Shown here: piece after piece, positions 1-13,333 of the stretch
Layout of the letters: every line of letters begins with the position of its first letter
Numbering within the stretch: the first letter of the stretch is position 1
Made by a program: the position numbers and the translations under genes
Notes under the pieces: model-generated
What the model was told of the DNA's origin: nothing
Databases searched by the model: none
The model's input: the letters and a program-made list of their open reading frames with translations, nothing else
Origin: Glycera tridactyla
Lineage: Eukaryota
NCBI GenBank assembly: GCA_965644265.1
Contig: OZ286461.1
Location: 95,542,001-95,606,000, forward strand
Direction of reading: 5' to 3'
DNA length: 64,000 nucleotides

Positions 1-199
1 CATCAAAAATATTGCTTAGGAAAAAGTCTTCTGGATAAATTATGGGTGGAAAGAGGAGGACAATGCAATATGACCTACAACTTTTTTATATGAGCACCCC
101 ATGAGGCAAATAATAGTGATCACCATATATTGGCATATATACGCCCATACCCAATTAGATGCACACCCAATACTTTAACTGGATAACACATATCAAAGC

Positions 200-430
200 T
201 GAATAATTGTGTATTCCGTGAAAAATTGAAAGGCCAGCATCTTTAATAGCGATTTGGGTGCCATTGTTATTCCTAGTCACGAGTCCGAAGTACCCAGATG
301 AGCCGCAATTTTTTTCATTGTTGGTTCTCCTCGTGATTTGAAGGAGCCCAAGATGGTGAAAACCTTTTGAATGTTTATACCTTTCAGGTGTTTTCATCCC
401 ATTTATGGTTGAGATGTCATTATTTTCCAA
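200..430 (+). mobile_element. Old interspersed repeat, copy 1 (other copies ~5430-5880 + and ~51520-51680 -)
   Basis: Shared blocks gcatcttta.tagc.atttggg.gccattg, ttgttggttct, gcccaagatgg and gtgttttcatc in the same order in copies 1 and 2; reverse-complement match at 51.5-51.7 kb. Confidence 0.7.
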
Positions 431-1063
431 AAGGATGGCTGGGATATGACATGCCTTGTTGTAGTACATATGGCATGATCGATTTTCCTCAGATTCAGTT
501 CCAAACAGACGCACACAGTACTTGACTATGCCTTCGCACAATGCGCATATATCCAGCAATATACAGTATAGAATGGGCTTATTGCTGTCACTCTTAGACC
601 ATGAATAATCTCGCCAAATGAAATAGCAAACCTGCATGGTATCAAGTACCAGTTGACATTCGCAAACATATCATAACCAAAATGGTGATTTCGATTCCCC
701 TTGACAGACTTGGTATAAACAACACATGGTAGGGAATTTGGTCAATATTCTCCTTACTTACAAAGCCGAGCAACCTCCTCAGTATTGGATAGGACAAACT
801 CAACAAAAGCATGAAAATAATACCTACAATTTTCTCCTTCCATTCTCAAGGCCCTGCATATCAGCTCAGACTAGCAGCATATGTGCATTTCGCAATGTGA
901 GCACAGGAACAACACAACTTCATCTTGGGCATGCTATGCACATCAATTTGATTCCAGGTTGATGGATATATGAACCTCATGAGTTTACCTAAATGATGTA
1001 AGCTTATACAATGGCTGACTCTCACCAATCGCATGAGCAGGAAACAAATAGCAGATATCAGAC

Positions 1064-1104
1064 TGCCTGATGAAGACTGCATAGAAGGCTGAAAGCTGCT
1101 CGCA
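1064..1104 (+). ncRNA. Candidate minimal type I hammerhead ribozyme (Penelope-like), possibly degenerate
   Basis: TGC-CTGATGA-AGAC..GGCT-GAAA-GCTGCT-C-GCA: both core boxes, short stem II with one mismatch, self-complementary stem III, 3-bp stem I. Confidence 0.45.
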
Positions 1105-1230
1105 TCAAAATAACAATTATTGATTTGTCCAACAATCAAATGTGTGAAATATGGAGGGGAAGTCATAGACAGATGATTTCTGCTCGTTGGATGGTGTAAA
1201 TTATGCATGCCCCTCTCCTTGAATACTCAC

Positions 1231-1371
1231 CCGGTATTGTGTGGTCCTATCAAGGTCATTTGTGAGTGGCTGGATGATTGACAGGTTGCCTTGGTTGATG
1301 TTTATGCCGAAGAAGCTGTTTGCAATGCTGTTCTCAGGATCAATGGCATATGTGATCATGCTGTTAGGTGT
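1231..1371 (-). CDS. cadherin exon e57 (type A, long); gene continues beyond position 1
   Basis: 141 nt, cag|...|gtgag; TPNSMITYAIDPENSIANSFFGININQG...TTQYR. Confidence 0.9.
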
Positions 1372-4300
1372 CTGAAAAGAAGAAAGCATACAAATGATCA
1401 AGATTGACCTTTGAGAGATAAGAATATTCATGTATTTCTTCGTGATATTTACCAGTTCACCAGTCCTAAAATATTGTGTTGACTGACCTCCAAACATCCA
1501 AATTCAGTACCACTGCAAATATTGATGGTATCAATACTTCATAATTCATATAGGTTTCTCACAGAGGTCACCTGCCTATGAGTGTAATTTTTTGTATGAA
1601 CAACAGTGTTATTTGAAGGCAGGTCTAACTGTATCAGGAATTATACTAGTGATTCAATGCGGATGATATTCATGATCACAAGTACTTCACCGCAATTGAA
1701 TGGCAACATGACGGCAACTTCTACGAAGCCCACAACACCAAGCTGCATATTGGCGTTTTATATACTCAGAATCAAAATGGAAATGGTTCTGCCCGAATCA
1801 TTACTGGTGTGACATGGTAATTTGCGGACAATAGTTGTCTCCGGCACTCATTGTCCGTGTATATAATTCACTGGACAGAAGAGCTGATGAAAGCATTTGC
1901 CTGGGAAATCAAGTAGTGGTGTAACGATGTACTGAAACTACTGTGGTCAGTGGGACAGAAGCCCAGACAACTCTTACATCATTTGTATCACAACATTATC
2001 ACATGCATGGTATGTTACAGCAGAACCTATGGCAAGAGACCCTCAGAAGAGAGACCAGCTCCAATGAGAGACCACTTTTCCATGGCATCTACCCTATTCA
2101 TCATAGTCTCTAATCAGATGTCTATTTGAAATTTTGAAATAGACCTCTCAGGAGCGAACCCCTTTTTCGAGAGACCACAATTTGGTGACATTTAAGGTGG
2201 CCTCTTATCAGAATTCATTATAAAGCAAGATAGTTTTACAATGGTTCCACAACACAATCACCATGTCCCACTTGATTGTCATATTATTTGAGTTCTTGAA
2301 GTTATGCTATTCAAATGTCATTCAACACAATTGAGTATGGTTCTGAAAACCACTAATTCTCACCTTTATACTTCAAATAAACCACCTAAACTAGGGCTCA
2401 CATTTTTCTTGGGCTATACAAATTGACAACAAATTGTTGATGATCATTCAAACATAACACTGATACATACATTAGGTTGTGTGGTGAAGTCACTGTCTGT
2501 TGCGGAGATATTGAAGACAACGGTGCCATATGGGGTAGTTTCATTTATCGTTATCATGTAGACCTCATTAGCAAAGACAGGTGGTTCGTTATTTCTCAAG
2601 ACAGAAATTTGGACATCAACTACAGCACTCTGCGGTGGAATTCCCATGTCTGTGGCAGTCACTCGCATCTGAAAAATGAAATTAATTGATAACTGCATTC
2701 CCTCATAAGTTGACTAAACTGCAGACTCCAAACTTTCAACATTGAGATATGATAAGCATAGGATAATTGTTGAAGAAAAAAGCACTATTCCCATGGAAAT
2801 TCCTCTAATCTTCCTGAAATCACATGATTGACCAGTTGAAAAAAGTGGGACTACTATTTTTTAGGTCAGATTTCATATACCCTTCCCCCTTCATCTCTTG
2901 AACTGTGGTTTACTGTCTGGGTTTTTTATACATTCATCAGACATAAACAAAGACAGTCTTCCAGACCTGGATAATATATAGTCCAGATCAAAGATTCATG
3001 TGTATGAACTGAACATTTTCCAGTTGCTATACCTCTACATAATTTAGTACCCATGCGAGTAAGCCATACGTAATTCTCAATCTCACCGACTGACACTGAC
3101 NNNNNNNNNNNNNNNNNNNNNNNNNNNNNNNNNNNNNNNNNNNNNNNNNNNNNNNNNNNNNNNNNNNNNNNNNNNNNNNNNNNNNNNNNNNNNNNNNNNN
3201 NNNNNNNNNNNNNNNNNNNNNNNNNNNNNNNNNNNNNNNNNNNNNNNNNNNNNNNNNNNNNATCTCACCTTGTATGTTTTGATGGGTGGCATTGGGTTGG
3301 GATCTGAAGAGAGGGAACCAGCAACAGAAATCCATCCATTTGTTGGACTAATCACAAAATAGGAGGTAGCATCCATCGTCGGTAGAACTCCTTCCATCTT
3401 GTATGTGATGACTCCACTTCCACTCTGCAATGGAAATAATGTTACATACTGTGTCAGATTGAAGTGTAGAGAAAAGCAATATCTTCACACTGACATCAAA
3501 ATAGTTCCAACCAGAATGGCAGGGATGATTTGGGTAGGGATTTCAGAAATATTAAATACATGTCTTGACATATCATTTTGATGTAGATAGCAACGCTTGA
3601 TGCACATATTGATGCACCAATTCATGCATCAGAGGGTCATGGTAATCATGCTAAAATTTTCACTGAAGTTCATTCAACAATTTCAAGAAGTCATCGGTGT
3701 ATACCATGTAACAAAAGAAGACACTTTGGACAAAATGGATCAACAGTTTTTAACTCCACAGAGCTGTCATCAATTCAGAGGCCATAGGTGCAAAATCAAC
3801 TAAGCAGTCTGATATGTTTATATAAAAAAGCTGTATAAATCAGGGAGTAAATTGAACACATTTATGAGATGCATCACAAGTAATATGACACACTACATAC
3901 CGTGCTAGGATCTTGATCAGATGCCAGAACATGCAGGACTGGGTACTGTATAGGTGTATACTCTCCAATGGTGACATTGTAGTAGTTCTGTCCAAAGACT
4001 GGACCATATGCATTGCGGATCACAGTGATCTTCAATTGACATAATGCTTTCTGCTGGGGATTACCATTGTCAGCAGCTTCTATTGTTAACTGAAAAAGAA
4101 ACAAAATATAAATAAAACATCTTGTTTTTCAGTGCATAAGGTTTAAGAAACAACATTATTTGCATTTATTTGCACATATTTGAGGACTAAAATATCATTG
4201 TTCTAAACAGTGAGCATGGTTTTTCATCAGGTGGGTGACCAACACGGACAACATTCAATATTTAATACCAGACTTGCAGCATCAATTCACGGCTACTACT

Positions 4301-6272
4301 CCAAAACATTGGTACTCCACCACTCTACTTCATCTTGGTGTGATTGGGTACTTGGCTTTGGGCAGTGATGGTGATTGTGGAGTACATGGCCCATGTAGTC
4401 AATGTTGTGTTCGTGCTTGTATACTCCCTAGGGGGATGAGAAAAGTTTGAGCTGAACAGGGCTGCTGTGGAACGTCAGGTGAGTTTTTCAAGGATGACAA
4501 TGACAATGACAATGTCAACTTCGACAATACCATGCATTGTAGCACTACATTTTTATATCTCTCAATTATGAAGTTTCTATCTTTCACTCAAACTAAGGCA
4601 TGTGATGCTCAGGTAGATATCCAGCATATACTCAAACTCAATCGCAAGATAACTCATATTGCACAGTGCTAAAAATGCTTCACACAGGATCATTTATGAC
4701 AACAAGACAACTCATCTCGACAGGATTGTGATATTGCTCTCAGATAAATACAAAAAGAGGATGGAGTGGGCAGGTGTAGAAATCAATGTGGGAGATAATT
4801 AGGAAGCAAGGAGAGAAGGATATTGTATCACTGAGATGAAATAATTTCAAACATGCCCCAACTATCCCCCATCCTGCAAAGGTCCAGGATATGACAGTGA
4901 CTATCGGCACCAGAAAGCACAGATTTGAATGGCTTCCAACAGGTATGAGGCAACCTCACCATTATCATTATACAAAATTCAGAACATATATTACTCATTT
5001 GAATGAAATGTATGATAAGGGACTGTCATAAAATTCACCAACAAGTGTTCTCCCCCGAGGAGACATCTCTCATAAAAGGTGTATTTTACCATGTCAAACA
5101 GCTTTCTTTAGTGATTGGGCATGCACTGGATCTTGTTCGGTTACTTGGGGACTACTGTATATACTCGCCTATAAGCCAAACCTGCGTATAAGCTGACCCC
5201 TTGATTTTGCCTCCAAAAGTTGGAATTTAGTCGATATCTCGCATATGAGTCGACCCCATAACTTTGCTGACTGAACATGGTGAATTGCAAATACCACCAT
5301 AATATATCAAAGAAAAGCCACCTTCCAACCATGGAGAGAAGCTGATCCTTCATAGCTCGAAACTTCAATGATTCATGGGATCAATTCATGAGGTGGTTCC
5401 CGCAAACAAAATTCATGTGTCAAAGGCAAATAATCCTGTATTTTGTGAAGAAAACGAAAAGCTGGCATCTTTAGTAGCAATTTGGGCGCCATTGCTGTGT
5501 CTTGTCATGAGGCGGGCATCCTGAGATGTACCACATACAGTCCAACCCATCCTAAGCAGCCACTATACTAAGCAGCCATTATACTAAGCAGCCACTATAC
5601 TAAGCAGCTACTATACTAAGCAGCCACCTGCCCTCGGCAGCCACTTTTGAATTTCCCACCGGCGGTTTTTGCACAATAATTCACCTGCCCCAGGCAGCCA
5701 CTTTTTGGCTTCCCGAACGGTGGATGCTTAGGACAGGTTTGACTGTATATAATGCTAATTGGTATTCTTGTTGTTGGTTCTTATCTGATTCTCCTTGAGG
5801 TCTGGTGGGGCCCAAGATGGCAGCACTCTCTTGGATGGTTATACCTGCTAAGTGTTTTCATCATGCCATGCTTTTCTCCAAAATGATCATCAGACACGCA
5901 AGTAGAATCACCATTTGTGCATTTGGTACTATTTATTGACATCTGGATGCATTCTGGCCAATTCAAGCTAGATTGGGAGTTTTGAAGAACATTGTTGTCA
6001 GCATCTGCCTTGATAATCCAGAAGCATGTCTCACGTGTAAGCTAACCCTCTTCGTTATGTCACAGAACTGGGCAGAAACTAAAAGAACTACAGAGACTCC
6101 TAATGTGATGATAGATGCATCCTGTCTGCTCCAATTTTAGACATAGCCCTCTACAATCATCAGCTGAGTATGGGCTTCCACGAAGAGAAGCTCGACAAGA
6201 AGAGGTTGTTTTTGTGGTAGTGATATTGTCAATCCGGCTCTCTCTCTCTCTCTCTCTCTCCCTCCCTCCCTC

Positions 6273-6308
<36 letters not shown>

Positions 6309-9300
6309 CGATAGTATCCAATAGCAAATGACCTGTACATTAATGACCTGCCTATGAAGGCCACTTTTTGATCCAAATTAAGATGGTCTTCAGCTTCAGA
6401 TTGCTGGTGGGCCCAGGCCCGTGGCCCACATTTTTGCTTTTTGGGCCCACTGATTTCAGCTTTTTTGTCCCTTCAGATCATTGATAAATAGTAAATGGCC
6501 CATCATTTTGAATTATGGCCCATGGTATTTCAATCTCAAGCTCTGATCTTCATAAGTAGGTTTTACTGTACACACATCCTTTTCTCAATTAATTCATGTA
6601 ATTGACAGAATATACAGGTAACAAGACCATGAAATATGCGCACACGCATACACTAACACAAATCTAGACGTGCATACACACACCCATCACCCCAACACAC
6701 GCATACTAATGCACACATATTCAAGCAAATCCTCACCTCATACTGAGTCTCAGTTCCTTGAGTAAGTTCATGAGCAATCGTCACACGTCCACTGCTGATG
6801 TCGACAGCAAAGTAGTAAACAGCTGTGACTGTTCCGACGACTTGATAGTACACCGAATCCTGAAATGTGAAATGTTGCCATGTTTCAACAAGAGCGCAAA
6901 GCTGCGCTGAGTGATCTCCGGTGAGAATTGGGGAATAGTAACAAGCCCTCCTTCTGGAAATGGCACCTTGAGTGTCTGTAAATTTCATAAATTTTCACCT
7001 TCCGTTTGAGACCCAGAAGGTGGAGGCTTGGAAGATCCCACCCATGCCAATTGCATGGGCATCACAATATAGCCCAGATGGTGCTGACATGATGTTAAAC
7101 CAGAATCAACCACAACCAACCACCTCTGGAATTTGGGGTAGCGATTCTCCTGGTGTGAGTTATGAGCGAGCCACCTTTGGATTTGTCTTATGGCCATGTT
7201 CCATCACAAACTGAAGCGTTCTTCGAATCGACGTCATTGGTGCGAGTGCTGATCTCTGATTGGCTGGTTTTACACACGCTATCTACAACTTCATTCATGA
7301 ATCGGCGCATTGATCTATGAAACCTGGTAATGAGGTGCGAAGAAGAAGCACTATTTCACTATCATATCAACCAAAACATGGATTTTTCTAGATTTATACA
7401 TGGAGGTAAGACAAATGGATGTCATGGAATGAAGAGACAGACAGAAAGACAGACAGAGCTACTTTCTATTCGCTTCATTCACATGACACGATTTGGCAAA
7501 AGTAGTCCCGGTTCCGAACATAATAGACATGTCAACATCGAAGTGGGCGTGGCCAAAGAGCTTGATTGACAGGCATTTACTACTTGTGCGTAGCCATACA
7601 TCTCTGAGCGATCGTACCTGTGTACTTCGGTGATCGGCCACAAAAACGAGTGTTGAGAGAATTTTGTATTGCGTAATCGGTACATTTCTTCGAATTGTCG
7701 TTCATCAGATCAATAAATCATCTTAAAATTGTGTTAGATTAGATCATTCGATCCTTTTACACAGATCCAATCAAGATTCGTTTGATTATATCAGCCTCGA
7801 GAGACAGGATCGGCGAAGTTAGAAAGTATTTCGAGCAGAGAGGTGGCAGCATAATGATCTCCAACGGAGATCACAAAAACAAATCGAGAATCGAGGTAAA
7901 TATCCGCTATGACCAAAATTCGCCTTCTTCTCGATCACCTCTCCCTCTCCAGCCCCATTCATACTAGTATTGATGAGAAAATCAGCCTACCGATTTAAGT
8001 ACAGTTGAGCCTACTCAAAGAGGCCAGATCCATACAAAGACCAACTGTCCACAAATGCCCCCCTGAGCTAACAGCAAGTGTATTTCCTACAGTGAATGAC
8101 CTCTCTCCAAAGACCACTTATTAATGCAACCAAGGGTGGACTTTGTGGACAGGTTGGACTTCACATATTTTGCCATTGGTTCAGTTGCCTGATCCCCTGC
8201 TATTCATCCATGTGAGGGATCATCTTGATGGGCAACAGATGCGTGATGAATGTTGGGGCAAATACATTGCATCCCAATAGACAAGAATGCACTATAATAG
8301 CATACTCACCCCATCACCATCTGAAGCTCTAACAGTCGCGATTTCTGATCCAAGTGGCTGATTCTCAGTGATAGTCAATGAGATCAGGTTCTCCTCAAAG
8401 ATAGGTGCATTCAGGTTTCGTCGCACTGTTACTCGGACTGTGGCCTGGTCATCAAGTGGTGGGTATCCTTTATCCTGAACGATAACCGATATCTAGAGAA
8501 AAGAAAATCCATAGAAATCAAGTCAAACTCTTACAAATGAGGTGATGAAACCATATCTTTCTGCCTATGACTTATATTACACCTTAATCAAAAGGAAAAA
8601 AACACATACAAATCATTCATTCCCTAGAAGACAAATATATATAAAGTCATACTTACGATGTATTCTGTTGCCTTGTCTGGATCATCACGGAGATTGGAAA
8701 CAACAGAGATGGCACCAGTGGTAGGCATAATGAAGAACCACATTCCAACGTCAGCGGGCACGGAGTCTGATGGGCTGATGGAGTACTGTAAGGTCCCACT
8801 CACACCCTGCACAACAGAACCATAACAATATATTGTGAGTGATGATTGAGGAAGAAAGTTTACTCAATGAATGCATTGGTTTCATAAATATTCTGAAACC
8901 CCTGGAAATGACGGGAAGTGGAGTGTATATTGGGAGCTGTCCTACTAGTTCACCCATCTTCAAGCAGCCCTGCTGGATGTTGGGTAACATTGCTCCTCAA
9001 TGTAAAACCGGACTGAATACATATATAACTCATCCGTCAACAGATGATCAGAGGACTTCCCTACCCTGCTTTATCATTCATTCCCTAGATCTGATTAGAC
9101 AATTAGCTTTTGGTATTGAGCATTTGTGGCTGTGACCGATTTTGTTGTTATTGGGAAGAGGCAGACTTGCACTTGGCCAAATGAAAGAAGTGTTGGGAGA
9201 AGGGGGTGGGTGGGCATATGAGCAAGAGTGAAGATGACACTGAGATCTTATGCAGAATTGCCAGAGTTGAACACATCATCCCTTATCTTTATCTCGGAGC

Positions 9301-9798
9301 TTAGTAAATATTGGCATGATTGGACTGATTTACCTGGTCTGCATCTGTAGCCACAACACGGATGATTTCTTGTCCCAAAGGTTGGGTTTCATCAATGGTG
9401 ATGGCATACTCTGACCTCTCAAACACCGGCTGGTTCTCATTTCTCACCACCGTCACTCGTACAAATGCAACCGTCTTCTGAATCGGATTGCATGAGTCGT
9501 ATGCAACTACGCGAATCTACAATGTCAAAGATCTCATTGAAAATACAGGGGTGTCAACTGATACATGAAGTATGTGAAATTTGAGCCGACTAGTGCATGG
9601 TAATATTACTTCACAGTGCATCAATCAATCAAGTCAACTATGCTGAAATGGCCATATCTATATCCAAATGTTTCATGAACTAAACATGCAAACAGCACAA
9701 TGAGACAACTAGCATTTGCAAAATGTTCCCAACTTTGTATGACAGGTACTACAGAAAAATACAAGAGGAGAGTTGGATGTTGTGGCAATATTCAGGAG

Positions 9799-9838
<40 letters not shown>

Positions 9839-12800
9839 GGTGTGTGTGTGTGTGAGTGTCTGATTTTGCTTGATCAGCATCATTGCAAGGGTGCCAAAAA
9901 CAATGCGGCAGAAGACTTTTGCAACTGAATCACCTAAGCTCAGATTAACATCAGAACACTCAAAGACATACTAATGACTGTATAATTGTAACCAGTCATC
10001 AGTTGATTTAACTCAATAGATAAGCAATCACAAGAATGCAGCTGATTCACAACGTCCCTTCCTTTTACTCACCACATACAAGGTTCCAATATCAACAGTA
10101 AACAGCTGAGCAAGGGTGATACGTCCATTGTTTTCATCCACCTCAAAGAGTGTTGTGGACAGTCCATCACCTGTGATATCATACTTGATGTCACACTGAA
10201 AAAAAGATAGAAAGGTGTTGGATGAGGACAGATTCATCTTGATATATCTCAAGTAGGTATCTCTGCACTTTAATGCAACATGACACTAACCACCATGTAC
10301 AGATGTGAACATGCATGGACACATGCCTGCACAAGTAGACAGTGTGAAAATAATATAATTCATACAATCCAAAATAACATCAAATACAACTAATCCTGAG
10401 GAATTGCTATCTTGATGCACAGTATATTTGATGATTGGGGAATCTAAAGCTTATTTCCCTCTCACTGGACACCAAGTCGGTGCAGACAGGATTGTTAATT
10501 TTGAAATGATACAACTGTGATTAGAAAGACTTCCCACATAATCCGTATATTACTGCTGGTGTATGGATGTGAAATTGACATGAGGAAATCATAAAGCATG
10601 ATAAAGATGTCATAATTGCAATCAATAAATTTGAAACAATTCATGAGCACATTTCTAGCTGCCAGAGACATTCAATTCAATTCAATTCGAATAACTTTAT
10701 TTATCCTCATAACAAAACCGCAATTAGCTCGCCGGGCTTTTTCTGGTGGCTACATGTTAGTACCATCCTTGAGTAACATGGTATTAGTATACAGTCAATT
10801 ATGATATAGTACAAAGTGTATTTGTTTATTCACAGTATACAATAAGACAATACAAAGAAATATTAAATTGGAAAAGATAATAGATTACTCACATTTATAC
10901 AAAACCACTCATTTGATGAGATGGTGGACATAAATGACAAAATATTCCTTAGTATTATGGAATGATATTGAACATCAACAAAGTCTAAAGAACTTCATGA
11001 CACTAAGGAGAAGTGTACACATCATGTTTGCACTTCAATACTAGTGAAACAAGACGGGAGTTATGCTCAGATTCTACTCACATCTGTTTCTCCAGCAAAG
11101 GTAGCCTGAACGGTGGAGATCAATGAGTTCACTGGTGTATTCTCCGCAAACTGAACATCATACTCTGACTGTTCAAATATGGGATAGTTCTGATCCGTCG
11201 TCACAACGATGGAAGCCATAGCTTGGCTGGTCTTTGGTGGGATGCCTTGATCACTTGCTTGGATCACCAGCTACAAAAATATAAAACAAAAAATAGAAAT
11301 ATAATTCTTGCTCACACATGAATCCTGGACAGAATTCCTTGTTATCACAGACTGACAGTCATATCTTTATGTTTATGGTGATGGTGGTCACTAATCATTC
11401 ACCCCTAAAGGAATATGTACCACCAACATATTCTTACATTATGTAGATCATGAAAGAAGAGGGACTGGAGTAAGTGCGGGCCAATTTAATGAGGTACCTC
11501 CTGGGGTGATCTGAGAGATGCCGTAGTGAGATGGTCATCCTTTGAGACCATGATGAATGCCGGCAGGGGAGAAATCAGGTCACTGCAAGCAGCCAGGCAT
11601 CTGGCAATAACATCCTCCCCGTGATAGTCCAGGAAGTGATCTTAATTTCCATGGGAGCTCCGCAACCTACTGTTTTTGACAGGAAGTTAGTTTCCAGTTA
11701 TTCACCTTATAGTCAACATGTGTAGGTTGAATTTGATGCAATCCCCTTGAAAATCGGACCAGTAGGACTTGAGTTATACAGATTCCAAGAGGAAATTTGA
11801 GGTAGCAACCAGTGAAAAGGGTGAAGAAAAATCTTGTTTTCAATTTGCTAGAACTGTATGATGGGCATATTTGTGGTAATTTATATTGAGATATGGTGTA
11901 GAGAATATTCTTATCAATTCCATAGTATTTCTCTCATTAAAATCAAAAGAAATCGAAACCATGTTTTTGGGAGGAATCAACCTGTAGATTTTAGGTCATA
12001 TATGACATGGCTAAAGAGTGGGAGTATGGATAATGCTGGGAGTGGGGTGCTTCAGCTGACCACATGGAGGGTGAGTATCAGCGGATGACCTCCCGTGGAG
12101 AGGTGTCAGTTACAATGTAAGCTGGTCCTCTCTCATCTGAGCGGGCACTCATTCCAGTCCCCTCTTCTTTCATGTGTAGATTCATCCTGTTGCCAGTGTT
12201 GTGGTTGTCATAGCCCTGTGTGACAGCTATTCTGACCACAGTTTTAGAAACTTGTGAGTTTCCCTGCTGTGCAACATACCCACTAATAGATATGTCCCTT
12301 TGGATTAATCTCCTGACTTGCAACTATACTGATTATCCTCTATGAATATATCACCTTCGTGTCACATGACAAATGAATCTAATCATTGTGACATCACAAC
12401 TGCTTTCTATGGTCAGATGTCATATCACTTATCTCCACCCCTTTCCTAAAGAAGAAACATGCATTTGATGCATGCAACAATGTGAGAGAATCTATATTGC
12501 AAGTTGTCATTCAATCGATCGATCCATGAATTGATTGGCCATCAGAGGTACTATTTGATCCCATGAATGTTCTCTCTAGATGCCTAGCTTTGCCTAACCA
12601 TGGAATCCCTAGATCTAACTTGAGTTATCTGTAGTGTATGGCAAAAGAAAGAGAGAATCCAGTGGTGTTCATCCCTTTTTCTTCCACTCAGATGCATCTC
12701 TTATAACATAACATTATAATAGTAATAATGATATCAAAAACAAGAAATAGTAATGATGACGATGGGAATGATAATAATGATAACATTTATAAAGAAAATA

Positions 12801-12882
12801 ATGCTCACAAACCATGACCAAATGATTATTACTGTAACATGAAAAAATCTGCAAAATATGGACAATATTCTGCATCTCAACT

Positions 12883-12956
<74 letters not shown>

Positions 12957-13271
12957 AGCGCACACATGAAATTAGCAGGTTCACATCTGCACACGATTAC
13001 TGAAACATGAAGGTGCTTCCAGATAAAGTGCATTCATCAGGCACCCATACAAGTTCTCTGTTTTGTGCCAGTGACAACCACCAGGTGGCATGAGATATGG
13101 ACACTGACTATTTGATCCTGCTTGGACCACACAGACAGACATGCAAACCCACAGACAAACACACAAACACTCTGTCCGTCTGTCTGTCTGTGTCCACTTG
13201 TCTGTTTTATTCCATCCATTTGTCTGTCTGTGTGTGTAGGTATGTTCCAATGTCGGTTGGTCGGTCGGTCG

Positions 13272-13333
<62 letters not shown>

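Noticed and set aside
155-637. 160-aa minus-strand ORF as a terminal exon
   Set aside because: No cadherin or TM motifs, and it overlaps an interspersed repeat present three times in the window.
3027-3430. ORFs spanning the N run
   Set aside because: Artefacts of the gap; only 3269-3424 is a supported exon.
12078-12323. ORF with GNSQVSKTVVRIAV as a cryptic cadherin exon
   Set aside because: It lacks AxD, PxF and DxD, has no fitting splice sites, overlaps a repeat fragment, and e47 joins e48 correctly without it.
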